A stretch of DNA of 59,374 bases, counting the filler, from Dugesia japonica (lineage: Eukaryota): the NCBI GenBank assembly GCA_001938525.1. It is 6 parts of 6 records of this genome, joined end to end, with 100 filler letters (N's around TTAATTAATTAA, not from the genome) between each part and the next. Parts side by side here need not be neighbours in the genome. Positions count along the whole stretch, not along the records: positions 28,896 to 39,856 come from MQRL01641856.1; positions 39,957 to 49,690 come from MQRL01623160.1; 4 more parts are not named here. One strand, given 5' to 3'. The position numbers were made by a program, and so were the translations under genes. This document shows positions 33,119 through 45,174 of the stretch, in pieces. The stretch's first letter is position 1. Every line of letters begins with the position of its first letter. The notes under the pieces are model-generated. The model worked only from the letters and a program-made list of their open reading frames with translations, searched no databases and had not been told where the DNA came from.

Positions 33119-35489
33119 TNNNNNNNNNNNNNNNNNNNNNNNNNNNNNNNNNNNNNNNNNNNNNNNNNNNNNNNNNNNNNNNNNNNNNNNNNNNNNNNNN
33201 NNNNNNNNNNNNNNNNNNNNNNNNNNNNNNNNNGAACGAATTTGATCATATGTGCGAATTGTAATAAACAAATAATAAACTCCAGAAGTGGGAACACAGA
33301 AAATGTTACGCCAATGTCAAAAGAGGAGTGGTATTGTTAATAAAAAATTCATTTTTATTTTTTTCTTATGTTTAATTTTTCGGTGATATTATGGTTGTTA
33401 TTAATGATATTAAATGAATAACCTATCTAGAGCGTGTGGAAAGATTACTGCAGGTTAATATGCCTGGCCAATAAATGACGATGAAGGCACATACTAGATT
33501 GATTGGATGAAGATCCAAATGATGCTGAAATAAAAGAGAAAATGATTTGAAATAGAGACGCTGGAGCTGAAAGCAGAGTTAGAATTGTTGCATTTGCAGT
33601 TGGTAGCGAAAGCACAATGAAAGCACAAAAAGATAAAACATTTGAAATATGCGGAGCCTTTATCAATCATGTAAAAGAGAATGCTGGTGAAAATTGAAAC
33701 AGGAGCTAAATGACCATCCTGAAAAAGAAATAAGTTAGAATTCTGTAGGAAATGATGAGCCTGAAAGGCTCTATTCAGTCTATTACTTTTGATGATGCGT
33801 CTAAATAAAGTCTTGTCTTTACTGTGTGTTCATGTGATATGTAGGTCAAGAAATTCGANNNNNNNNNNNNNNNNNNNNNNNNNNNNNNNNNNNNNNNNNN
33901 NNNNNNNNNNNNNNNNNNNNNNNNNNNNNNNNNNNNNNNNNNNNNNNNNNNNNNNNNNNNNNNNNNNNNNNNNNNNNNNNNNNNNNNNNNNNNNNNNACT
34001 TGATTGAAATAAATTTAAATTGTGTCTCATAAAATACCAATGATTAATAATAATAAGTTCAAACTGAATTTTATTAAATTATTTGTGGTGTTACAATAAA
34101 ATATAATGACAAGTTATCATTAATTATTTAAGTGTCAAATAAAACAGATGAGACTATAAATAAGAACAAAGTATAAAATATCCAGAAGCGGTGGAAAGAG
34201 AAGAAGCAATTACGATAGGAGACTAAAAGTTATGCATACCAAATCAGAGGCCAAGAGAATCCAACATAAATCAAGAGAATTGGCATTACAACAAGCCACT
34301 CTGTTGATGGCGTATATTATTAAGATATACCACCGAGAGGCCGCACTGTTCGCCATTGTGGTTGTCCTATAAACTGAATGAAAACGAAGAAAAGAAAGTG
34401 CGGTAGATTTGGATAAATAAATAAATATTAGAATAGTGTATGTTCATTGAATCAGTTTTTTGCTATGTATGGCTAATAATAATAATAATGAATTTATCGA
34501 TGAATTTATTATGAGAACAGAGTTGGAATGAAATACTCAGCAATTGAAGCTTGGCCACTAACATCCAAACAAACAAAAACGAGATATCAAAGTCTCGCTA
34601 AACTCGGAAAATGGGGATACGGCAGATGTACATTAAATGCTTTTGGGTTTTAGGTAACCCCCGATATAATGAAGTGATACATGAATCAAAATCACAAGCC
34701 TAAAACCCCAACAACATTGANTTGGATAATGAACGGAATCATCGTGAATCTATTTGTCTTTATATGCATGNTAACAAAAATAGAATGCAAACATTAGGAG
34801 TTCATCGATCATAATCGACTCACATAATAGACAATTTACTTTTTTATGTACATTGATTAAATACGCTATTTTATGTAGTGCCATTGATGGTGTACCAATG
34901 AGAACGCTATTATTTAGTGGTTTATTGATTTTACCGTGTTGATAATGAAGCAAACCTAGTATAATCGTAGTGGCTACCTGTACAATGACTGTTCAAATTA
35001 ACTGCTCTGGCCATAAACACGATTGTTATTAATATGACTGGTCTTATTATAAATATTGTTTACACTATTAATTTTATATTATTAATATCATCATTCTTAT
35101 ATTCAATGACGTTATTTATTTATTATTTCGTTTGTTTTTTTGATTTAATTATAAATTTTTTAGTAACAGCTTTTAATTTTTTCTGTAATAAATTGTGTTA
35201 ATTTTGTAATCGATATAGTAATATTTTGTACTCAATCAATTTTATTAATCTGTTCTTGTAAGCAATATTGATAACATATATTATCAAATTTTTGGTATAA
35301 AAAATATAATTTATTAAACTACTAATTTTTGTTTAATTATTTATTTTTAATAGTTAATAAATACATTTAGTTTTTTTTACTATCTTGAAATCCTATATGG
35401 AATTTAGTCAAGAAAATTTTAATCCTAACACCACTAATAAACTTAAATTTAAATTAAATTTATTATTTATTTTATTAATATATTAATAA

Positions 35490-35960
35490 TATTGATGGGT
35501 TAAAACAAACTTGTACAGTTGAACTAGCACGTCAAATGTTTCTTCTAGACTCATTGCACACGATAAACCCAGCATAGATTGAGATAGATATTTGTATGGC
35601 TCATAATTTTACTAATAGCACTGCATTTAATGACTTTAAAGACTATGTTGCAATGGATTTTGATGTTCAAACAGCAGAATTGTATGATGATAAGAAGACA
35701 TCGAAGAGATAATGAAAGGATGTTCTCAACATTTAAATGAATCAAACGATAATTATAGTGAAAATGAGTTAAATATTGAAAATAATCACAAACGTTCACC
35801 TACTTTTGATATATTTTTAGAGACAATAAAAATTTGCAGAAAATTTATGTAAGTAAATGGTTATACAACATACGACAGTTTGTATGAACTTGAAAGTCTT
35901 TTTTATGAAATAAAGTAGCGAAAAGTTGACCAATCCTCTATTAAAAATTTTTTTTAATCT
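35490..35960 (+). mobile_element. Tigger/pogo transposase C-terminal remnant
   Basis: DFKDYVAMDFDVQTAE and terminal KVDQSSIKNFF. Confidence 0.5.
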
Positions 35961-35975
35961 ACAATTTAATAAAAG

Positions 35976-36870
35976 TGTTGCGGTGAAACATCCGGGTAGA
36001 AAAAATAAAATAACGAGTGACCCAGAACAGACGAATAAAATAATTCAAAGATAAGAAAGAAGAGATAATGTAAGGAGGGATCACAAACAGATGGATGACA
36101 AACTAATTAATAATAATTCAGAAGAAATATGATTATAAATGATTAAATTAAAATGATTGTGGACGAAATAAAGAAATAATAAGAAAAAATAATTAGAACT
36201 CGAAAAGAAAGAAAATATTCAGAAAATGAATTAAATTTATTTAAAATTAATAAACATAAATTAAGAAGAATAAGAAAAATTTTAATTAATTAGTGCAAGA
36301 AAATGAAAGTCAATTAACAAGAAAAAATAATAACTTCACTTCAGATAACCCTAAAACAAAGGGATAAGAAAAATTGAACAGATTAAAACTATAGTAATTC
36401 AATTTCAAAAAAGTTAAAAAATGTAGCACCTTTAGGGAAACCAGGAAAAGGTCAGGAAGATTGAACTAATGAGGGGTCATGAAAAAGACATGAAACAAAG
36501 AAACAAAAATCAGGTGGTTACTGAAAATAATGATATTGTCAACAATGTTAGTCTATCGCTGAATCTGGTTATCGCTACTCATTGAAACTAACAACGTTAT
36601 CGATTTCGTTAAGTGTTGGAATTATTAGAAAATGGCTTTAAGCTACTAGCAATCCTATTTTAATTAATTATTCACTGTTACCATCCTTGAACTAATATTA
36701 TAGCTGGTACAGAAAATTATTAAAAAAATACACTTTGAAAACAATTACTCTAAATGCATCACAAGGAAGCATCGGGATGAGATATATTTTCATATTAATT
36801 TCACTAGATCCTGATTTGATAAAACTCAGTGCTATGGCTGAGGTCAAATAAAAAAAATTCTAACTAAAAA
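35976..36870 (+). mobile_element. LTR-like fragment related to the 12720 unit (left end)
   Basis: Starts TGTTGCGGTGAAACATCC versus TGTTGGGGTGAAACACCC at 12720, with a similar purine-rich interior. Right end not identified. Confidence 0.45.
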
Positions 36871-37279
36871 AAATTTCAAAGGTCCTTTCTTAGAAACAAA
36901 ATAACGGGAATACGTGCAATAAAGAAAATACATGTAATAAAGGAATATTTTTAATAAAATACATTGAAGAATTCGAATTTTGTTTAAAAATAATCTTTAA
37001 TAATACAGCATGTTAAATAAAAACATTTTGAATTTGAAAAATTTTTAGTAGTTAAAACTTTTCTACTATTCTTTTACGCTATCACATCTACATGTACTTC
37101 ACTTCCCTTTCTTATTGCGTCGTCATTCTTGTCGCTCTCTAAATTAACCTCAACTTTACCTACTCTTCTAGAGTTGAATGAGATGCTCTAGAGGGTTTTC
37201 TTCATGACAGTAAATTTTGATGTATGCCTGGATTTCGCGTGAGAGTTCTATTTCTTTGGCGTAAGACTTGTGGAATTTT

Positions 37280-37620
37280 GTAGTAATTCCATTTCATGTT
37301 TGCACATATGATATGATCTTCATTTTTCAACCATGCATAGATCCCATTTCATTATCAAAAACGTCATATTTTCTCTGCTCACTTTCTACAATCTGCAGTT
37401 GATCTTTACTAGTTCTATTCACTTATGTTATTATTTCTTCCTTTATATTGTAGTGAATGACATTGTCTGGCCTATTGGCACACTGCTTTGTAGATGTAGC
37501 AACAGTTGTATCTACTAGAATCTCAACTTCTTTGTTAGTATATAGCTCCTGGACTGAATGCCCTCAAAGCTTTTTACTTCTCTTAATTCCGTATTTGTTG
37601 CATAAATAAATGTAAACAAT
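37280..37620 (-). mobile_element. Possible Gypsy protease/RT-linker remnant
   Basis: Minus strand gives KEVEILVDTTVATS (DTGA-like) and KYDVFDNEMGSMHG*KMKI. Confidence 0.35.
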
Positions 37621-39956
37621 GTACTACTTCGTTGTGTCGACGTGAACATGTTAACTAATACATTAATTAATATACGTTTTTTGTTAAACAAAGATTATTA
37701 CGATAAATTTAAAGTTAACTGTAAAGTGCTCTCAAAGAATAATATTAACAGTTTAAGTAGATGGTGTTGCCATATCGATATTTTTTCTGATAAAACTACT
37801 TTATAATATGTTTATATGATAAAAATCAAGATAATTGATTAATATATATTTCTCATTTAACAAGCTTTATTTATCTACTCAACTCGTGAAAAATGGTAAA
37901 AGATAGACATCCTATACCTGGTGAATAGAAAAATATCTTTTAGTTGGTTCACTACACGTCTTTTAAAATATTATTTGTTATAAATTTACACACACAAAAT
38001 ATTTTATAGGTCATTTAAATTTTAAAGCCTAAATCTAAAATAAAATAAAAACCGCAAATTCGCATAATTGGTAACAATTTTGGATTTATGACGCAAATAC
38101 TATCTGGCTAAATTGTACTACCTGTCACTAATGTATTGCAAGATAAAAAAATAAAAAATATATTATCGTCACAATATGTTGAATATTTTGAAAATGTCTT
38201 CGACTGTAGTAAAAAAAATAATTATACTCCTAATAATACATTTTTAATACTTTTTATGCAAAAAAATATCCATTTATTTGTCAAAATTTTAACAATTCTT
38301 GAAATAAAAATCATTGGTGTTGACTTCTTTAAAGTCAAAAATCATTTTTGTTGATAAACAAGTATATTCTGCAAAGTTTTGATCAAGTGCGTGTATTCTT
38401 TGTACTGGCTCTCGTCCAGACTCAATTCAAACCGTTAGGCATTAGTCATGCTACTTCAATTTATTAAGGCAATAATTATCGTTCATTATTATTAGATTTA
38501 TTGCTGAATTTTGTGTGATTATTTTGTCGAAAATTTGAAATACTATCTAAAACAAAATAAATTGGATCGAAGCTCTATTTTAATGAAACAACAGAGGATA
38601 TAAAAACTCTAAGTTGATGTAAACTATAAAATAGTTTGCAGCATTATTTAAATTTATAAATTGTCTAGTAGAGTTGAAAAGTATCTAACAAAGGGTCATA
38701 AGAAAAAAATATTGAACGAAGAACGCCGAACTTTTAATAAAGAAATGATTTCATAGGACAGCTCAATAACACTAACTATTGCTTAACATGGCAACACCTG
38801 TTTCATTCTCTACAACTAACTTTAATTATTCCTTAAAGCGCGTAAATTATGTGATGACTGGGAGCATTTGCAGTCTAATTATAAATAACTAAAAAATTAA
38901 ATTTTTAACAATTGTTTTATTAAATCAAGGTTATTAATAATTTTGGGGAAATTACTATAAATAGTTATAAAAAAAATTATTTAAAATAAGAAATAATTTA
39001 AATTCAAAAATAATTACAATATTTAATAGATAGATAAATTTTAAATATTTTATTTTCAAATGTTACTGTGGTAACATTTTTTTTTCTATACCAATTTTTT
39101 TGTATTCAACAGTTAGGTAGGCAGCTACTACCCTTGATTAAATCTATATAAAAACCATTGCAGTTCAATAAGAACTACACAACATTAAAATTTTATGAAG
39201 GTAAAAATTATTGATTTTTCGGCATAACATTATAATTTTATAAAGATAACGAATGAAATTATTTCAGAAAACTGTTACTTGGAAAATTGTTTGTTTTGAT
39301 TTATTTGTGGGAAGTAATTTACTTTCACTTTTATTTTCTTTTAAAACAATTTAATAAATTTTCATAAAAAGATAAAATTAAAAATCCAGTTTGCTAATAG
39401 CTGGGATTATTTGTGTAATTATAAATAAATTAATAATAATAATTTTCAAATTATAGTCTGTTAAAGACTAGTTTAGTTAATTTTAATTAAAAATATTTTA
39501 ATCGTTTTCATAGTCTGTTACAGACTAGTATAAAGGTTTTACTCAACAATTTTAAATTGATAAATACTGCTAGACAATTTTATTTAGCAGTAATTCAGTA
39601 TTTACCCAAAATCAATTTTAAAATTAGCGAGACCGAAAAATCTCATATCTTGCTTCCTTGTTATAAAGGCGGTGTGCTGTAATTTGTTAGTGCCACCGTG
39701 TGAATAGCTTTTAGGTCAGTAGTAATTAATGAGTTTTCTTTCTTTAAATTACAGGATTTGTAACCACATTTTGAAAATTTGTTTAATTTTTTAATTGCAT
39801 TAAGGAAAATGTTATCCAATGATTTCAGAAAGAGGATTGTAGAGTCGTACAATAATNNNNNNNNNNNNNNNNNNNNNNNNNNNNNNNNNNNNNNNNNNNN
39901 TTAATTAATTAANNNNNNNNNNNNNNNNNNNNNNNNNNNNNNNNNNNNNNNNNNNN

Positions 39957-40304
39957 TATAGTCGTCCACAAATGGGTTGAGACTTGCCATATTTTATCGG
40001 TAGTCAACAACAGCAAGGTGGTGGAAATTGTCTGCATAGAATTGGACGTTTTGCAATTCCAATTTTGCAGAAATTTGGACTTCCAATTGCAAGGTCAGTG
40101 GGGCGAGCAGCACTAAAAACTGTTGATGATGTTATAAGCAAGAAGCAGTCATTTAAAGAATCAATCAAGAACCAAGCAATGAATATGTTGCCGGATGTAA
40201 AGGAAAATGCACTTAATGCATTAAAGAAAGTTGTTGGTGGACAGGATGGCAATGGAATACGTAAACGAAAAAATAAAATAAAATCGACTATAAACAAAAG
40301 ATGA
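39957..40304 (+). pseudogene. Small basic Gly-rich Polinton virion (core/membrane-lytic-like) protein with QxGxG motifs; 5' truncated
   Basis: YSRPQMG*DLPYFIGSQQQQGGGNCLHRIGRFAIPILQKFGLPIARSVGRAALK..GQDGNGIRKRK. Amphipathic helix and basic tail, directly upstream of the MCP. Confidence 0.7.
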
Positions 40305-40311
40305 CGATAGG

Positions 40312-41548
40312 ATGGAACCATCTTTGCAAAGTAAGTATGTATGCCGGAAAAACTGAATTATCGCTTTTTTACCATAATATTCCACTGGTTGTTGTTGAAA
40401 GTACCACATTTGAATAAATCTACCCGAAAGATTCTATAACTGGGTATTCTGGACAAAAAATTGAATTCAATATTATTGGTTCAGATAATGATTACTTGGA
40501 TTTGAATAATACGTTGCTCATTATTAAAATGAAGTCTGTGAAACATGATGGAACGGATTTTGCATCAATTGATACTACCAATATGATTCCTTCCGATTAT
40601 TTGCTTCACACTCTATTCAAAGAAGCATCATTAACACTAAATAATGTAAAGGTTTAAAATACAAATGATACGTATATACAAAAGGATCGGATACAAAAAA
40701 ACACTTTTCTTGAAGCCATTGGTTATCATAAAGAAGATGACAAGAGAAAATGTTGAATTAAAGCGTCTGCAAAGCTAACGCTTTGTGGTGCACTTAATTT
40801 GGATTTCTTTGATCAACTAAAGTATTTGTTGCCGGGAGTCAATGTGACAATCAAATGGACGAGAAATGTTGGTTAAGTAATTTACAAATATATCAGGGGT
40901 ACTGAAACAGTTAATTTGAATCCACAACCGTACATTATAGAAGCAAAATTAGTAATGCGACGTGTTTGTGTTGATCAGTGGGTTATGATTGGACATCGTC
41001 AAGGATTGGAACATCAAAATGCAATTTACCTTTTCCAGAAAACAAAAATTGTGCATTTTACAATTCCAAAGAACTCGCGTGGAGTATATAAAGATAATCT
41101 CTTTTCCGATGAACGATTAACGAAATTTATTCTGATTGCTTTCCAATCATCAAAACAAGCCAGTGGTGATTATGGTTCATTTTGTTCGACATTCTCAAAT
41201 TTCGGTGTAAAATCAATATGCTTGGCGAGAAACGTTGATTATCGAGAAACATATACTACTGACTTTGATACCGAGGCATATGTGCAATCGATTATTCGTA
41301 ATATAGGTCTGTTGAATGAAGATCGAAACAACGGTATTACTATGAAGGAATTTAAAGATTCATGTACGTTTTTCACCTTTGTATTGGCTCCGGACTTTGC
41401 AGTTGATCAACCGCAATTGCCAAAAACCGGAAATCTCAAGTTGGATGTGCGATTTCATACAGCCTTGACGGTATTAGTGACAATGTATGCATATGGAGTA
41501 TTTGATTCGGAAATTCAAATCACCAAGAATAGAGTAGTGATTGTATAA
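40312..41548 (+). pseudogene. Polinton-type major capsid protein (PY/hexon-like), with a few stops and frameshifts
   Basis: N-terminal C.KTELSLF..VVESTTFE*IYP..IEFNIIGSDNDYLDLNNTLL. C-terminal intact 210-aa frame EAKLVMRRV..LTKFILIAFQ..NGITMKEF..FVLAPD..GNLKLDVRF..YGVFDSEIQITKNRVVIV*. These match the Maverick MCP pattern. Confidence 0.9.
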
Positions 41549-41615
41549 ACAATACATACATGTATATGTGTATTCCATAGCATGAAGTATGTATTGTATT
41601 TATAAATAAATTTTA

Positions 41616-41972
41616 TTGATTAATAGTACTTTTCAGATTGAAACAATATTGAAACGTGATTTGGGCAGGAGAAGATTTAAAGGAGAATATCCACTAGAAC
41701 GATTATCGGACCTTTTACAAAACGAATGCTATGTAATCAATATACATACCTCGAATTTGGATGGTGAGCATTGGATTGCTATTCATTTCAAATCAAATAT
41801 TATTCGTGTATTTGATCCTATAGGTATGTTTTATCCACCATTGCTGGTAACAAAATTGGAGCGTATGCAACAACGTGTCAAATACAATGAAGTCATGTTT
41901 CAGAATCCATTGACATTTTTATGTGGACAATATTGTATTGAATGGCTNNNNNNNNNNNNNNNNNNNNNTTAA
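41616..41972 (+). CDS. Adenain-like (C5 family) cysteine protease of Maverick/Polinton
   Basis: YVINIHTSNLDGEHWIAI (His), VFDPIG (Asp), FQNPLTFLCGQYC (Gln/Cys). Catalytic set intact. Start codon unclear and end lies in a gap. Confidence 0.9.
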   Translation: MINSTFQIETILKRDLGRRRFKGEYPLERLSDLLQNECYVINIHTSNLDGEHWIAIHFKSNIIRVFDPIGMFYPPLLVTKLERMQQRVKYNEVMFQNPLTFLCGQYCIEWXXXXXXXX

Positions 41973-41996
41973 TGTGATTATCAATAAATATTTAAA

Positions 41997-42458
41997 ATGA
42001 CTGTGTTTTTTATTGATTATGAAGCCTTTCAGGATAATAATGGTGACTATCTAATTAAAGAATTATGTATAATGGATCTTGATAATATTCTTCAACCGTT
42101 TTATTACATGTTTGCCATGACAGAATCAATGGGTAGTTTATCAAAATCTGCTNNNNNNNNNNNNNNNNNNNNNNNNNNNNNNNNNNNNNNNNNNNNNNNN
42201 NNNNNNNNNNNNNNNNNNNNNNNNNNNNNNNNNNNNNNNNNNNNNNNNNNNNNNNNNNNNNNNNNNNTAAATGGAAAGAAAATAAATACTCTCAAGAAAT
42301 ATTTCCCGAATCTTCGAATTGTCAATTATAACTCTGATGAGTCTCCTCAATTAAATATACCAGATAATATTTCTTGTCCATAATATAATCATGGAGATTA
42401 TTGTGCATATGAAAAATGTTTAAAACTGTGTGTACATTATCTATCGTCATGTAAATAA
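41997..42458 (+). pseudogene. DEDD/RNase H-fold nuclease-like Maverick accessory ORF
   Basis: N-terminal FIDYEAFQ..YLIKELCI. Premature TAA at 42381-42383, then in-frame NHGDYCAYEKCLKL (C..H..CA motif) to a stop at 42458. Frame across the gap is assumed. Confidence 0.6.
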
Positions 42459-44048
42459 ACATTTCTTTCTGTTTTTGATGTTGATAATAATAATAATAAT
42501 GATAATAATAATGATAATGATAATAATAATGGTGAATTATGTGAGAAAATGAAATTGTACAATTAAAAAACAAATAAATATTTATAGGTTCATTTTTTCA
42601 TGAAAATATTTTAAAATTTAAAGTTAACGCCAAAGTTGTGAAAGTTCACAGTTTACATTAAGGTGTGAAAGTTTACGCCATAAAAAAATATTTAGATTTG
42701 GATATGAAAGTATAAGCCAAAGGTGTGAAATTTCACACATTCAAAAAATTAAAATTAAATAATAAAATAAATATTAATAATAATGATATTCTTTGAAGTG
42801 AGAAAATTCACGTTAATAAAAAATAATGTGTGAAGCTTAAACAAAAACATTTAAATAATAACAATAATGTTTTATATATTTATTCTAAATGCGCAATGCT
42901 TGAAATTATCATGGTTAAAAAACATGAAAATAATATGTATGAAAATTCATACTTAAAAAACAATACATTGATTATTTAAAGGCGTGGAAATTGACCTCAT
43001 TGATTGAAAATTGATCTATTGTTGTTTATATTATGAGGTTTGAAGTGACCTGTTAATCATCTGAGCCGGTGCACACCTAACCACCTACTAACTTAATTAA
43101 TTTATTTAAAATTTTTCAAATTCAGAATTAAATGTTTACTGGGAAGCATCTAATATTCAAATATTTATATCGCGGATGAGCAATTAATATCTACTTTTAT
43201 ATTGTTCGAGAGTGATTTAAAAGGGCTGACATTAGTCCCTTAACTACGTACGCAGATTAAGCCAGGGATATGGGACGGCTACGTGCGCTATTATTTTTCT
43301 AATGGTGAGAAAATTTAATAATTTTGTTTTACCTAACGAAATTTGAATACGATCTTTTATTAGTTGTGCTTTGTATTTTAGTTGCAAAGAATATGCACCA
43401 TAATTTGCTTTTATTTGATATATTGAATATTCAAATTAATCTGTAACACTTTAATAAAGTATAAATATTCAAAATAAAAAAATTTTCAAAAGTAATTTCA
43501 CTGCATACCGGTTGAAATATTTTTTGGGCCAGCCAATTTTTTAGTTTAACTTTCCTAAACTATATTTCTACTTTCTAAATTCATTAAGTAATATGACCTT
43601 AGTACTATTGAGTAAAATGTAATTTAAGTTTGAAATCACTGTTTAAGTTGTCGTTCTGTCACAATAGTTACACTGAAATAGATAATAAAAGAGAACAAAA
43701 GTAAACTTTTATTCTCACAGTGTGGATTTGTATCTATTCGCATAAAAATCAGATAATTTTAGATTGTTCACATATTTACCAAACGCTTGTTTCTAATTTT
43801 CATTAAAGAATTTTTAATTTAAAAATAATTAATAATAAAATGTATTTTTTAAAACTATTAAAATATTGGTTCAATATTTTAATTTTCAAAGCAAAACATA
43901 AAGTAAGCTATTATAACTTCAAAAAAAAATCGTTAGATCAATTCACAACAGTTATCACAAGTTTTTAATCGTATTATGCATTTAATACTGGAGAAGGAAC
44001 AACACAACATTAATGAAAGTAGTTTGTTTTTTTCTAATTTACATAATC

Positions 44049-44479
44049 TCATTCAATCGTTGAATAAGTGTTATAATCATTGTTCATAATTGGAGCTTGG
44101 TCATCTTCTTCTTGGAATTTAGATTGGTACATCGAGGTGGTGTCTCCATAAATTAACTTATAAAGCCAAATTCTACCTTGGACAAAAATGAATAAAAATA
44201 ACTGAACTAATATCGACATAATTATAACACATATTACTGCAACAATTGCTCGACTTGGATACTTCCAATATAATGCTTCATATATATACGGTTTATCGTT
44301 TGGACCTAAACCTCCTGCGCTGTAAAAAATTCCCAACAGTACGGTATATAATATTCCAACAATAAATGGATATATAAAATGAAACAGACGAATCGGTATT
44401 GCACATATTGCAAGATCAAATATAATAAGAGCAGCATTTAAGCCATGTTTTAATTTACTTTGAGTAGTATTGAAAATTT
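44049..44479 (-). CDS. Terminal exon of a rolling-stone-like multi-pass membrane protein
   Basis: TTTTTTTAG acceptor ending at 44480. Open 143-codon frame KHGLNAALIIFDLAICAIPIRLFHFIYPFIVGIIYTV..GGLGPNDKPYIYEALYWKYP matches the rolling stone H..N..P.RL.H..YP..YIY..L.W..P pattern. Upstream exons not found in this scaffold. Confidence 0.8.
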
Positions 44480-45174
44480 CTAAAAAAAATAAGTAAATTT
44501 CAGCATAAATAATAGATAGATTTCATATTAAAATAGAGTTGTTAGTAGTTTTAAAAATTTGCAAATAATTTTAAAATTTAATGCAATGTTATTAGTTTAA
44601 ATTTTTTAATGTAAAAAATTAGTAAAAAATTTAAATAATTAAAATTTATCGCTTTTTTTTTAAATTACTGTAAATTCGAAGTTTTAGATTTAAAAAATAT
44701 ATTTTTAATAAATATAATAAATTTGTTTAAATTTATTATTTATTCAAAAATATAAATTGGGAAAGGCAAGTTTTGAAAGAAGCGTTTAAAAAGATAGAAG
44801 AATTGATTGTAATTGAAATAAAGTATTGAATGAAAAGTCTTGTTTTAATTGATTTAAATGAAGAAAAAAACTAATAAAACTAACAAGAGTAAAGCAATAA
44901 AAAAATACAAAAGAATAGATTCTGCGACAAAACTTATATATGTATAATAAAAATTATCAATACATTCCAGATTAGTTAATTTATCTGAGTATTAGAAAGA
45001 TTCTTATTATAGAAATAATAGTTCTCTTCATTACAAAGTAGATTGATAACCATGTCGACTTTGTTTTGATAGGAATATTNNAGTTAATTATTTATAATTA
45101 TAATTACAATTCTCCACTTATAATTTAAATAGTTTGAATAATAAGTACAAAATGCTCTGATTAACAATAAATGA

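Larger units (their letters stand above)
39957..43093 (+). mobile_element. Maverick/Polinton (adintovirus-like) endogenous element, 3' part: virion module and putative terminus
   Basis: Four tightly packed co-oriented genes typical of Polinton morphogenetic modules. Followed by short GTGTGAAAGTT repeats and an end reading AGTTAGTAGG on the minus strand. Left part is cut by the scaffold edge. Confidence 0.85.

Noticed and set aside
33240-34950. Cys-containing peptide (PHD-like) and possible pogo or integrase relics
   Set aside because: Fragments are too decayed and gap-ridden to support a call.
40004-40409. Minus-strand ORFs over the Maverick genes
   Set aside because: Antisense shadows with no independent motifs.
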